48,202 nucleotides of DNA from contig JABHGE010000025.1 in the NCBI GenBank assembly GCA_018672235.1, forward strand, positions 1-48,202, written 5' to 3'. Position 1 is the stretch's first letter. Every line of letters begins with the position of its first letter. The position numbers and the translations under genes were made by a program. This DNA comes from Fidelibacterota bacterium (GTDB lineage Bacteria; Fidelibacterota; Marinisomatia; Marinisomatales; Marinisomataceae). Under the pieces are notes generated by a model. It did not search any database. It had not been told where the DNA came from and saw nothing but the letters and a program-made list of their open reading frames with translations. Positions 38,566 to 48,202 of the stretch are shown one piece after another.

Positions 38566-39441
38566 GTGTTGGATACAAAAATTTTATCAGGAATAGAAGC
38601 AAGTCATGCTCTATATGATAGTCTACATGATCGCATTCACGCCTTAAAAGAAAAGGGTATTACTCCTGGATTAGCAGCTATTTTAGTTGGAGAAGATCCT
38701 GCCTCACAAATTTACGTTCGCAATAAAACAAAGCGCTTTGATGCCTTGGGACTCAAATCAGACCTTTATCGCTTAGAAGACTCTGTTTCAGAGCAGGAGT
38801 TGTTAGATTTAATCGCAAAAATTAATGCAGATGATAGCTTTCACGGTATTTTAGTACAACTGCCATTACCAAAGCATATTGATAGCGATAAAGTTATCCA
38901 TGCTATTGATCCAAAAAAAGACGTTGATGGATTTCACCCAGAAAATGCTGGATTACTGTCAATAGGTCGACCAAGATTCGTTCCTTGTACCCCTAAGGGG
39001 ATTATGTTCATACTAAAACACTTTAATGTTGATCTAAATGGGAAACATGTAGTGGTGGTAGGTCGCAGTAATATTGTCGGAAGACCCGTTTCTGTTTTAT
39101 CTAGTCTTAAATCTTTAGGAAACGCAACCGTAACGCTTTGCCATAGCGGTACATCTGATTTAAAGTATTTTACAAAACAAGCCGATGTTGTAGTCGCAGC
39201 TATGGGCTCTCCAGAATTTTTAGACGCTTCCTTTATTAAAGAGGGCGCTTGTCTTGTTGATGTTGGAATTAATCGTATTGAACGTGATGGAAAGTCTATT
39301 ATTGTTGGAGATGTTAATCAGTCAAGCGTAACAGGTAAAGCCAGTTCACTTACGCCGGTACCTAGAGGAGTAGGTCCTATGACAATAGCCATGTTAGTAG
39401 AAAATACTATTGTATCAGCAGAATTATTATTATTAAATTAA
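38566..39441 (+). CDS. folD: Methylenetetrahydrofolate dehydrogenase/cyclohydrolase
   Basis: YVRNK, GILVQLPLP, KDVDGFHP and PVPRGVGPMT motifs. Confidence 0.97.
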   Translation: MLDTKILSGIEASHALYDSLHDRIHALKEKGITPGLAAILVGEDPASQIYVRNKTKRFDALGLKSDLYRLEDSVSEQELLDLIAKINADDSFHGILVQLPLPKHIDSDKVIHAIDPKKDVDGFHPENAGLLSIGRPRFVPCTPKGIMFILKHFNVDLNGKHVVVVGRSNIVGRPVSVLSSLKSLGNATVTLCHSGTSDLKYFTKQADVVVAAMGSPEFLDASFIKEGACLVDVGINRIERDGKSIIVGDVNQSSVTGKASSLTPVPRGVGPMTIAMLVENTIVSAELLLLN

Positions 39442-39468
39442 TTTTTTATTAAAATGAAGGTTTATAAC

Positions 39469-41256
39469 ATGAAAAAAATAGCATTAATAGTACTGTCCTT
39501 ATTGTTTATGGGGTGCGCAGGTAACAACATTGATCAGGACGAGATAAAGAAAGCCAATCAATTTTTTGAATCTATTTTCCAGGACAGGGTATTAGATAGT
39601 CCTGAATTTCAGACAAGATTAGGATATAAATCTAATTATGATCAATGGGATGACATTACCTGGATTAAAGCAAGAAAAGATATAAAAGAAGCTCGTGAAG
39701 ATTTAAAATATCTGAGAGAGAATATTAATATCGATAAACTAGATGATAAAACTGCAATTAGTTATCGATTGATGGAAAAATCTTTACAAAGAATTATAGA
39801 TTCTGATCCGTATTTATTCCGTGGATATATGGTAACTCATCGCGGAGGAAAACATTCTTCGATTCCATCTTTTTTAATCAATTATCAGTCGATGGAAGAT
39901 GAAAGAGATGTAAAAGATTATTTAGAAAGATTGCGTAATATCGGCCCACTCTTTGAAGACTTTATCGATGAATTGAAGCTAAGAGATGAGCTTGGAACTA
40001 TTGCACCTATGTTTGTTTATCCTAAGGCAATTGCTGTATGTGAAAATATTATATCAGGCTATCCTTTTGAAGATGTAAAAGAGCAAAATGTTATTTATGA
40101 AGATTTTGTTACAAAAATAGAAGCATTAGATCTAACAGATGCGATCAAATTACGTTATAAAAGTGAAGCCGAAGCTATCTTAGTTACAATAATAAATTAC
40201 TCTTATAGGACGTTAATTGACTTTCTTGGTGAACAGCAACTAAAAGCTACTAATAATGACGGTGTTTGGAAGTATCCTAACGGTGCTGAATATTATCAAT
40301 ATAGCTTAGACAATTATACAACATTAGGATTAACTGCAGAGGAAGTACATCAAGTTGGATTAGATGAAGTCGCTCGTATTCATGAAGAAATTTATACTAT
40401 TATGGAGACGGTTTCTTTTGAAGGTAGTTTGCAGGAATTTTTTGACTTCATGAGGACAAATCCACAGTTTTATTATCCGCAAGGACCTAAAGGGCGTCAA
40501 ATGTATTTAGATCAAGTGAATGTGGTGGTTGATACGATATCTGCTCGCATTGAAGAGTTGTTCTATGGATTACCAAGCATTCCACTTGTTGTAAAAGCGG
40601 TCGAACCTTACCGTGAAGCTTCTGCTGGTATTGCATTTTATAGTCGAGGACAAGCTGATGGAAGTCGCCCTGGAATCTATTATGCCAATCTATACAACAT
40701 GCAAGATATGCCAATTTATAAATTAGAAAACTTAGCTTATCATGAAGCAATTCCTGGGCATCATATGCAGATTGCAATCGCATTGGAAGTAGAAGGAATG
40801 CCAAGCTTTAGAAAATATGGTGGATACAGTGTATTTTCTGAGGGATGGGCATTGTACTCTGAAACACTTCCAAAAGAAATTGGTCTTTATGAAGATCCGT
40901 ATTCTGATTTTGGTCGTTTATCTGGAGAACTTTGGAGAGCCTGTCGCTTGGTAGTAGATACTGGAATTCATCATTATAGGTGGACTAGAGAAGAAGGAAT
41001 TGATTATTATATGAGCAATACAGCCAATCCAGAAGGAGATTGTGTTGGAATGGTAGAACGTCATATTGTATGGCCAGGCCAAGCTGTTTCTTATAAAATA
41101 GGTATGTTAAAAATTCAAGAATTACGTGCTTATGCTGAATTATCGCTGGGGACTAAATTTTCTCTTCAATCCTTTCATGATGTTGTGTTGAAAAATGGAG
41201 GTGTATCTATGGATATTCTTCAAGATATTGTATATCAATGGGTTGAGAATCAGTAA
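39469..41256 (+). CDS. DUF885 family lipoprotein (putative metallopeptidase)
   Basis: Lipobox FMGC; HEAIPGHH, EGWALYSE and RLVVDTGIH motifs (track start 39454). Confidence 0.92.
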   Translation: MKKIALIVLSLLFMGCAGNNIDQDEIKKANQFFESIFQDRVLDSPEFQTRLGYKSNYDQWDDITWIKARKDIKEAREDLKYLRENINIDKLDDKTAISYRLMEKSLQRIIDSDPYLFRGYMVTHRGGKHSSIPSFLINYQSMEDERDVKDYLERLRNIGPLFEDFIDELKLRDELGTIAPMFVYPKAIAVCENIISGYPFEDVKEQNVIYEDFVTKIEALDLTDAIKLRYKSEAEAILVTIINYSYRTLIDFLGEQQLKATNNDGVWKYPNGAEYYQYSLDNYTTLGLTAEEVHQVGLDEVARIHEEIYTIMETVSFEGSLQEFFDFMRTNPQFYYPQGPKGRQMYLDQVNVVVDTISARIEELFYGLPSIPLVVKAVEPYREASAGIAFYSRGQADGSRPGIYYANLYNMQDMPIYKLENLAYHEAIPGHHMQIAIALEVEGMPSFRKYGGYSVFSEGWALYSETLPKEIGLYEDPYSDFGRLSGELWRACRLVVDTGIHHYRWTREEGIDYYMSNTANPEGDCVGMVERHIVWPGQAVSYKIGMLKIQELRAYAELSLGTKFSLQSFHDVVLKNGGVSMDILQDIVYQWVENQ

Positions 41257-41261
41257 AAAAT

Positions 41262-41582
41262 ATGATTATTATTAAAACAACATCCGATAGTCATAAGGCC
41301 ATGAAAGATATCACTAATGCATTACTTAATAAGCGTTACGCTGCCTGTGTTAATATTATTCCTCGTATGCGCTCAAAATATGTTCTAGATGGACGTATTG
41401 TTGAGTCGAGAGAGGTTATGTTGCTTATCAAGACATCGCAAGATTTAGAGGCAAAGGTATATCAAACGATTAAAGAGATGCATAACTATGATATTCCTGA
41501 GATTTCTACTATTCCAACAAGCAATGTAGATAAAGATTATTTAAAATGGATTAATGAATCATTGGAGTTGGGAAAAAAATAA
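41262..41582 (+). CDS. cutA: Divalent-cation tolerance protein CutA
   Basis: AACVNI..E.MLLIKT..HNYDIPEI motif. Confidence 0.92.
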   Translation: MIIIKTTSDSHKAMKDITNALLNKRYAACVNIIPRMRSKYVLDGRIVESREVMLLIKTSQDLEAKVYQTIKEMHNYDIPEISTIPTSNVDKDYLKWINESLELGKK

Positions 41583-41725
41583 TGAACGATGACAACTATA
41601 AAAAATCTATATGGTATAGAATTGAAAGGTTCTTTGATAGACATAACCATTTAATGGAGTTTATTAGGACAATATTGGCACTGCTTGTGCTTACTCTGCA
41701 ACTATATATTATTTCAAAATTGTAA
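41582..41725 (+). CDS. 47-aa protein with C-terminal TM
   Basis: MNDDNYKKSIWYRIERFFDRHNHLMEFIRTILALLVLTLQLYIISKL*; TAATG overlap with the cutA stop. Not in the ORF track. Confidence 0.65.
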   Translation: MNDDNYKKSIWYRIERFFDRHNHLMEFIRTILALLVLTLQLYIISKL

Positions 41726-41735
41726 TAAGAGAAAA

Positions 41736-42839
41736 ATGAATCTAAATAATATTTCAGAGGGAAAAATTTTAAAATATTTAGCGCTTTTCTTTGCTTTTTT
41801 AATGCTATTAACTGCTGCAGTTGTCTTAACTATTAAGTCTCCTGGAAGCATTAAAGAGCAATTATATGATCGTGCGGTTGAACCCTTACTTGTAATTCCA
41901 CCAAATCAACCCGATGTATTGCGTATAGTTTATACGGGTGTAAGTACCCCAGTAACACCACATATTGCACAACAAAGTGTTGTAATATCGATTAATAATA
42001 GTAATTATGTTTTTGATTCAGGGTCGCGTTCTACGGCCAACTTTATATCACAAGGCACTTTAGAGGCAGCCTCTATTGAAGCGGTCTTTCTAACGCATAC
42101 CCATTCTGACCATATTGGAAGCTTAGGTGAGTTAGTATTATCATCCTGGGGGCGTGGACGAACAAGCGCAATGCCAGTCTACGGTGCAACGCAATTAACG
42201 CAAAATGTTGTGGATGGATTTAACTTAGCCTACCAACCAGACAGAATGCATCGTGTTACCCATCATGGAGAAGGTTTTTTCAATGCAGAACATGGATTGT
42301 TAAAGGCTTATATATTTGATACGCCAACAAGTGAAATATCCGTCTTCAAAGATAGTAATATTGAAGTATTTGCTTTTGATGTACCGCATGGGCCTGTAGA
42401 TGGCTCGGTTGGATATCGTATTGTAGCGGGTAGTCGCTCTGTTATTATTTCAGGCGATACAGACCTCATGGATGACTATAGTTTTGCAAATGGAGTGGAT
42501 GTATTAATTCATGAAGCAATTTTGGAGCAAGAAAGTGAAGAGATTAGTCGCGCAGCATATCGTGTTGGTAATGATCGTATGGGGGTGGTATTCCATGATA
42601 TTAAAAATTATCATGCCAATTTAATGGATTATGAAGATCAACCAGGATTACTAAGTCGATTAGAAGGCATCGACATAGGGATGTTAGCATTGATTCATAT
42701 CATTCCAGATAAAGATCAACCAATTGTTAAGCGTGTACTAAGACGTTTTAAATCAGCTTCCTCACATGAAACAGTAATTGTTAAAGATAACATGGTAATG
42801 GAATTACCCCTAAACTCAGACAAGATTTTTATAAAATGA
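41736..42839 (+). CDS. Membrane-anchored MBL-fold hydrolase (RNase Z/AtsA-like)
   Basis: THTHSDH, ISGDT and LIHEA motifs; N-terminal TM (track start 41685). Confidence 0.85.
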   Translation: MNLNNISEGKILKYLALFFAFLMLLTAAVVLTIKSPGSIKEQLYDRAVEPLLVIPPNQPDVLRIVYTGVSTPVTPHIAQQSVVISINNSNYVFDSGSRSTANFISQGTLEAASIEAVFLTHTHSDHIGSLGELVLSSWGRGRTSAMPVYGATQLTQNVVDGFNLAYQPDRMHRVTHHGEGFFNAEHGLLKAYIFDTPTSEISVFKDSNIEVFAFDVPHGPVDGSVGYRIVAGSRSVIISGDTDLMDDYSFANGVDVLIHEAILEQESEEISRAAYRVGNDRMGVVFHDIKNYHANLMDYEDQPGLLSRLEGIDIGMLALIHIIPDKDQPIVKRVLRRFKSASSHETVIVKDNMVMELPLNSDKIFIK

Positions 42840-43498
42840 ATATTATAGACAGCCTAAAATGGCGTTATGCCACCAAAAAATTTGACCCCAATAAAAAGGT
42901 TAGCGATACTGATATTGCTACCCTAAAAGAGGCGGTACGTCTTACCCCATCTTCTTATGGGTTTCAGCTCTATAAAGTTATTATCGTTACCGATCAAAAA
43001 ATGAAAGATAAGCTCTATAAAGAATCCTATTATCAGTCCCAAATTCGTGATTGTTCACACTTGTTTGTATTTTGTAGTTACAAGACTGTAAGCTCCAAAC
43101 ATATCGATGAATTTATCGATTTAATGGAACAGGGAAGACAGCAGGATGATGAGCGTGCTTATGTGGATAAAATGAAATCTAAAGCAAAGATTATGTTGTA
43201 TGGAACGATTGCAAAAGCAGATATTGGACGACGCGATAAATCAGAAGCACTTCATTGGATGCAAAAACAGTGTTATTTAGCAGTATCACAACTCATGGTA
43301 ACTTGTGCAGATATGCGTATTGATTCTTGTCCATTTGAAGGATTTAGCACTGAAGCCTATGATAAAATCTTAGATTTAGACAACAGCAATTTGACTTCAA
43401 CCGTATTACTACCGGTTGGTTATCGCACAGAAGATGATCGTCATCAGTTTCGTACAAAAGTACGTAAACCTCTGGATAAGCTTTTTGAAGACAGATAA
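42836..43498 (+). CDS. NAD(P)H nitroreductase (NfsB-like)
   Basis: WRYATKKFD, TPSSYGFQ and DSCPFEGF motifs. Confidence 0.9.
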   Translation: MNIIDSLKWRYATKKFDPNKKVSDTDIATLKEAVRLTPSSYGFQLYKVIIVTDQKMKDKLYKESYYQSQIRDCSHLFVFCSYKTVSSKHIDEFIDLMEQGRQQDDERAYVDKMKSKAKIMLYGTIAKADIGRRDKSEALHWMQKQCYLAVSQLMVTCADMRIDSCPFEGFSTEAYDKILDLDNSNLTSTVLLPVGYRTEDDRHQFRTKVRKPLDKLFEDR

Positions 43499-43528
43499 TT
43501 TTATCGTAAGTTGACATAACAATATCAC

Positions 43529-44653
43529 ATGGAATATTTCAATACAATTTTATTAATTATTATCGCGGCTCTAGCTGCGATGTCTTTTTTTCGAAAAAAA
43601 GATGAAAGCACTATTAGTAAAGATCAGCTAGAAAAAGATTTCAAAGCAATCGCTGATGATTTATTGGTAAATCAAACAGAAGCAACAGAGAGAAAAGTCG
43701 AAGACAAACTTCATACTATCTTAGAGGGATTCGGAAAAGTTCAGAAAGAAAAATTTGATACAATAAGTACAAAGACAAAAGATATGACTGAATTGATTAC
43801 AAGGATGGAGCAAGATAGAACAGAGTCGGTAGGAAAGCAAACCGAGTTAATTCGTACAATGTTATCAAGTACTGATAATATTAGTCGCGTTATGAACTCT
43901 CCAGGACCTAGAGGTAAATGGGGCGAAATGCAAGTACGTCAAATTTTAGAGGCAGCTGGATTTAAAGAAGATATTCATTTTCAATACAATAAGAAGTCTC
44001 AATTAGGTGTTGATCGTCCTGATTTTGTTGTAAATGGTGCTGATGGCAAAAAAATTATTCTTGATGCAAAAGTTCCTTTTACCGCATTTGAAGAATCAAC
44101 TAAAATCGATGATCCAAATGAGATAAAACGTTTATATAAAAAGCATGCAACAGAAACTCGTGCACATATGGACAAATTAGCAAAAAGCTCTTATTGGGAT
44201 CAGTATGAAGATGCAGCTCCGTTCGTATTGATGGTTTTACCAGCAGAGTCACTATTATATGCAGCATTTCAATCAGATGATTCTTTGTTTAAAGACGGTA
44301 TTGATAAACAAGTCTATATATGTTCTCCATTAAATTTACTTGCTACAATGCAAGTAATCGCTCAAGGGCATGTACATGTCAAACAAAATGAGGATGCACG
44401 AAAAATTACTACAGCTGCTCGCGACCTTTTAAAGGTAGTGTCTGTTTTTAACGGCCACTTCAAATCTATTGGAATGCACACAGAACGTCTATTCAAGTCG
44501 TTTAACTCTGCAGCAAAAACATTAGAAGTGAAAGTAAAGCCTAAATTGGAAAAATTAAGCGATATGGGCGTAGAACTTGAAAAAGGCAAGGATGTAGATC
44601 CTGGAATTAAAATGATTGAAGATGGTCCAATTGATATTTTTGAAGAAGAATAA
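43529..44653 (+). CDS. rmuC: DNA recombination protein RmuC
   Basis: N-terminal TM and coiled coil; RGKWGE, RPD and LDAKVP motifs. Confidence 0.9.
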   Translation: MEYFNTILLIIIAALAAMSFFRKKDESTISKDQLEKDFKAIADDLLVNQTEATERKVEDKLHTILEGFGKVQKEKFDTISTKTKDMTELITRMEQDRTESVGKQTELIRTMLSSTDNISRVMNSPGPRGKWGEMQVRQILEAAGFKEDIHFQYNKKSQLGVDRPDFVVNGADGKKIILDAKVPFTAFEESTKIDDPNEIKRLYKKHATETRAHMDKLAKSSYWDQYEDAAPFVLMVLPAESLLYAAFQSDDSLFKDGIDKQVYICSPLNLLATMQVIAQGHVHVKQNEDARKITTAARDLLKVVSVFNGHFKSIGMHTERLFKSFNSAAKTLEVKVKPKLEKLSDMGVELEKGKDVDPGIKMIEDGPIDIFEEE

Positions 44654-44678
44654 TTTTTAAACTTTTTGGGGATAAATA

Positions 44679-45548
44679 ATGAATACTAAAACAGCATCTA
44701 TCGCAATAATAATTTCACTTATTATTGCAACGTTATTAATTAATGCAGGTAGCCAAGGAAGTGTTATCGTAAATGGCTGGCCTCTGTTTGCTATTTGCGC
44801 TCCTATTGGCTTCTTATTGCATTGGACAGCTTTTCTGCCTTCTTATGCACTTAAAACAGATCATTATTTTGACCTCATTGGATCAACTTCTTATATAGCT
44901 ACAGTTGTTACAGTAGCTATGCTGAGTCCATCTTTAGATATAAGAGACTTAATTATCTGTAGTATGATTGTCATTTGGGCTATGCGCTTAGGTTTATTTT
45001 TATTTACTAGAATTAAACAAGATGGAAAAGATGTGCGATTAGATGTAATTAAAACAAAATTTATTCGCTTTTTAAATCTGTGGACACTTGGTGGTTTATG
45101 GGTCTTGGTGACTATGGGGGCAGGTCTTGCTGCTGTCACATCAAACACATCTTTAGAGATAGGTTTATTAGGATATATTGGAATTGGATTGTGGGTATTT
45201 GGTTTTGTTACTGAAGTCATAGCTGACAGTCAAAAAAGGCAGTTTAGAAAAGATCCAAATAATAAAGGTAGATTTATTGCAACTGGGGTATGGGCTTGGT
45301 CTCAGCATCCTAATTATTTTGGCGAAATTACCTTATGGTTTGGTGTTGCTTTGTTAGCATTTCCAGTCCTTTCTGGATGGCAATTGGCTACATTAGTATC
45401 GCCCGTTTTTGTCTACTTACTATTAACGAAGGTAAGTGGTATCAATTTGCTGGATGAGATCGCAAAAGAAAGATGGGGTTCAGATCCTGAGTACTTAGCA
45501 TACACAAAACGAACATCAAAATTAATCTTACTTCCTCCTAGGAAATAA
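44679..45548 (+). CDS. DUF1295 family (steroid 5-alpha-reductase-like) membrane protein
   Basis: WAMRLGLFLFTRI..D.R, ADSQK and WSQHPNYFGE motifs. Confidence 0.9.
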   Translation: MNTKTASIAIIISLIIATLLINAGSQGSVIVNGWPLFAICAPIGFLLHWTAFLPSYALKTDHYFDLIGSTSYIATVVTVAMLSPSLDIRDLIICSMIVIWAMRLGLFLFTRIKQDGKDVRLDVIKTKFIRFLNLWTLGGLWVLVTMGAGLAAVTSNTSLEIGLLGYIGIGLWVFGFVTEVIADSQKRQFRKDPNNKGRFIATGVWAWSQHPNYFGEITLWFGVALLAFPVLSGWQLATLVSPVFVYLLLTKVSGINLLDEIAKERWGSDPEYLAYTKRTSKLILLPPRK

Positions 45549-45568
45549 GCATTGCGTAAATTTTATTC

Positions 45569-46591
45569 ATGAGATATTTATTCTACGTAACCCTTTCATA
45601 CTCTTTTAGCGTTTTACGACCAATTGAAATAGCTATTAATAAACAAGGAGGTACTGTTGCTTGGTTTATACCTGAGGGCAGTGAGGCAGAAAAATTTCTA
45701 CAGCCAACCGACCATCGTTTATCAGATATTAAAGAGGTTAAAGCCTTTGCAGCGCATGCAACACTAGTGCCCGGTAATATTGTTCCTGATTTTTTTCCAG
45801 GAATCAAGGTGCAGGTATTCCATGGTTTCGATTCCGGCAAAAAGAATGTATTCAATATTCGCGGCTTGTTTGATTTATACTGCACGCAAGGACCTAATAT
45901 TACCCAGGGATTTGAAGGAATAGCAGATGGAACCTGTGAGATCGTTGAAACCGGCTGGTCAAAACTAGATCCATTATTTAAACCTCATCCAGACACAGAT
46001 AAATTTCGTACAGACGCACCATTAATCCTCTATGCACCAACCTTTTCTCCAAAGTTAACCAGTACATATGCTCTCTATGATCATATAAAAAAATTATTAA
46101 AAGAGAGAGATTGGCAATGGATCGTGAAACTCCATCCAAAAGCAACCGACAAAGAAGTATTACTATATAAAGAATTGGCATGCGATAACTTGCGTTTTGT
46201 TGAAACTGAGCAAGTTACTCCAATCTTACAGGCAGCCGATGTTATTCTCTCTGACACCTCGTCATTTTTAGCTGAATTTGCTTTACAAGATAAGCTGGCC
46301 ATTGCATTTAACAATCGACGCCCTGAACCTTGGATGTTAAATTTTACTAAAGCTCATTTATTAGAAGAGATCCTTGAGAAAGCACTATCATCTGATCAGG
46401 AACAATTATTGAAAGTAATTGAGTATGGCAATGCCATTCATCCGCATAAAGACGGCAAATCAAGCGAACGCGCATTAAGCGCTATTAATTCTCTGATTGA
46501 TTCGGGGATAGGGCATTTAAAAACAAAGCCATTAAATTTGATTCGTCGGTTCAAAATACGTAGAGAATTGAAATACTATGGTTGGACATAA
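45569..46591 (+). CDS. CDP-glycerol glycerophosphotransferase family (TagB/TagF-like)
   Basis: QVFHG, TGWSKLD, LYAPTF, KLHP and SDTSS motifs. Confidence 0.88.
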   Translation: MRYLFYVTLSYSFSVLRPIEIAINKQGGTVAWFIPEGSEAEKFLQPTDHRLSDIKEVKAFAAHATLVPGNIVPDFFPGIKVQVFHGFDSGKKNVFNIRGLFDLYCTQGPNITQGFEGIADGTCEIVETGWSKLDPLFKPHPDTDKFRTDAPLILYAPTFSPKLTSTYALYDHIKKLLKERDWQWIVKLHPKATDKEVLLYKELACDNLRFVETEQVTPILQAADVILSDTSSFLAEFALQDKLAIAFNNRRPEPWMLNFTKAHLLEEILEKALSSDQEQLLKVIEYGNAIHPHKDGKSSERALSAINSLIDSGIGHLKTKPLNLIRRFKIRRELKYYGWT

Positions 46592-46612
46592 CCTAGGAAT
46601 ATAGTACAACTC

Positions 46613-47371
46613 ATGTCCTTACATTATAAAATTCCTGATAAGTATTTACATCTAAAAGAGTATTTATTGGATATTAAAACCAATATTGACAAGCACACTC
46701 ATCTTATTAAGAATGCACGCAACCTTGTCGTTATTGTAAAAATTAAAGGAAAGAAGTATGTCGTGAAATCCTTTGGAAAACCTTCCTTTCCTAACAATTA
46801 TATTTATGGATCCATACGTAAATCTAAAGCCAGACGCTCATATGAATATTCAAATATTCTTTTAGCAAGGGGAGTTAATGTTCCAGAGCCCGTTGCCCAT
46901 TTAGAATTTTATGAATCATTTGCCTTAAAAGAGAGTTTTTACATATGCCGTCACTACGATTACGACTTAGACGCGCGTGAAATGTTTGAAAATTTTGACC
47001 CTGATAATCCGTTGTGGAATGCCTTTTTAGATTTTACTTATAACTTAAATGAGAAAGGTGTCGATCATTGCGATTATACGCGGGGCAATATTTTGATTAA
47101 AAAGCTTAAAAAAGACCAATTTGAATTTGCTCTTATTGACTTAAATCGTATCAAATTTAGAACCATGAACCTATCTTATTGTGTTAAATTTCTATCCAAA
47201 ATTACGCACGACCCATCACAACTTGACTTGATAGCTAACTATTATAGCAAACGCTCAGGGTTATCTCAAGGGCAGTGGGTAGAGGGGTTACGTGCTGCAG
47301 TGGCTAACCATGAAAAATATAAAGCACGTAAGCGTTATTATTATAAAATAAAACAAACATATTTTAGGTAA
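46613..47371 (+). CDS. Lipopolysaccharide kinase (Kdo/WaaP/InaA family)
   Basis: VVKSF..SKARRSYEY, HCDYTRGNIL and LIDLNR motifs. Confidence 0.85.
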   Translation: MSLHYKIPDKYLHLKEYLLDIKTNIDKHTHLIKNARNLVVIVKIKGKKYVVKSFGKPSFPNNYIYGSIRKSKARRSYEYSNILLARGVNVPEPVAHLEFYESFALKESFYICRHYDYDLDAREMFENFDPDNPLWNAFLDFTYNLNEKGVDHCDYTRGNILIKKLKKDQFEFALIDLNRIKFRTMNLSYCVKFLSKITHDPSQLDLIANYYSKRSGLSQGQWVEGLRAAVANHEKYKARKRYYYKIKQTYFR

Positions 47372-47372
47372 T

Positions 47373-47404
47373 AAAAAAGGCGCTTTCGACCAAGCGCCTT
47401 TTTT
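47373..47404. terminator. Bidirectional intrinsic terminator
   Basis: AAAAAAGGCGCTT-TCGACC-AAGCGCCTTTTTT between convergent genes. Confidence 0.9.
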
Positions 47405-47433
47405 GTTTGAAGGTAACTCTGAGAAAAACTTAA

Positions 47434-48048
47434 TTATTTAAGGACTTTATCAGCCTCTTCATTGCTCATAATCTTTGAATCATCATACGTCCCATTTTCT
47501 TTTGCTGCTGCAATTGCGTTAGGGAAGAGGTGTTCATAAGACACTTTAACTTCTTCGTTGTCACGGTAGGTAACAATCTTAGATAAACCGGCAGGAGATT
47601 CTGACTCTTCAAGCTGTAACTCTCCATTATTGTTTTCAACAAAGACTTCTTCGCCAATGACCTGCTTTATTTCATAATAGTAATTGGTAGTATACTTTCT
47701 ACCATACCATTCAAAGGTTTCATTTGGACCCAGCTCTTGACGTGCATTTTTAAATGCCTCTTGAAAGCTGATAGCTCCACTTTTTGCTAGCATTCTATTT
47801 TCATCCCATACATCGACGATCATGTCGGATTCATCTATATACTCGTCTAAAGCCAATTCAATCGCTTCAGAGGGTGTTTTAATGTCTTCTGGTATGTTTT
47901 CTACTACTTCAGCCATCACAATTTCTACAGCTTTAGGTTCTTCTATAGCAGAGCTTAGCTCTACTGCTTTTGTTTCGTTCATGATGAACATAAGCGATCC
48001 GATACAGATGGTAACTGCACCCAGGACAAACTTTTCAATATTATTCAT
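47434..48048 (-). CDS. Acidic membrane-anchored hypothetical protein
   Basis: N-terminal TM, SD GGAG, central motif SFQEAFKNARQELGPNETFEWYGRKYTT. Confidence 0.8.
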   Translation of the reverse strand: MNNIEKFVLGAVTICIGSLMFIMNETKAVELSSAIEEPKAVEIVMAEVVENIPEDIKTPSEAIELALDEYIDESDMIVDVWDENRMLAKSGAISFQEAFKNARQELGPNETFEWYGRKYTTNYYYEIKQVIGEEVFVENNNGELQLEESESPAGLSKIVTYRDNEEVKVSYEHLFPNAIAAAKENGTYDDSKIMSNEEADKVLK

Positions 48049-48202
48049 TTATTTTAACTCCGTTGTTTGTGCCTCTTGATTTCGCTTTCATACTAAGTAA
48101 ATGCAGAATATTTATAATTGTTTCATTTTTTTTAAAAAAAACGAAAAAAGTATTCGTCTGTAGTTATTGTAAACAATAATAAACACCCTAAGGAGGGTAT
48201 TA

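Noticed and set aside
41736..42839. The tRNA-processing RNase Z itself
   Set aside because: The N-terminal TM anchor suggests an exported AtsA-like hydrolase; cannot be assigned as rnz from sequence alone.
1440..48079. Other short track ORFs nested in or antisense to long genes (e.g. 12841..13254, 16680..16961, 34278..34556, 44891..45220, 47822..48079)
   Set aside because: They overlap well-supported genes and show no recognisable motifs.

Overview
AT-rich, tightly packed bacterial chromosome segment. The gene families (Omp28, DUF6029, DUF5916, long LepB, DUF885) suggest an FCB-group marine bacterium, possibly Marinimicrobia/SAR406; this is inferred, not searched. Most of the window is housekeeping: gltX, tadA, dnaX-ybaB-recR-pgsA-pgpA-cinA-recA, rnhB-lepB, thrS-infC-rpmI-rplT-pheS-pheT-zapA-folD, cutA, rmuC, and three intact tRNAs (Ser-TGA, Arg-ACG, Leu-CAA). 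The standout is 1-1130: a head-to-tail array of five tiny ORFs, four of them missing from the ORF track. One is a clear T4-Imm-like superinfection-immunity protein. The ORFs are separated by modular repeats that overlap the upstream stop codon and place TATATT exactly 5 nt before the next start codon. The array ends at a tRNA-Ser(GGA) remnant with an intact 3' half and a degenerate 5' half, a likely att site. This reads as a shufflable cassette array of small membrane proteins at the end of an integrated element that extends left of the window. Also notable: tadA starts 3 nt after its own substrate tRNA-Arg(ACG), gltX starts 2 nt after tRNA-Ser, many genes look leaderless, and a 22-aa micro-ORF duplicates the lipoprotein signal of the next gene.
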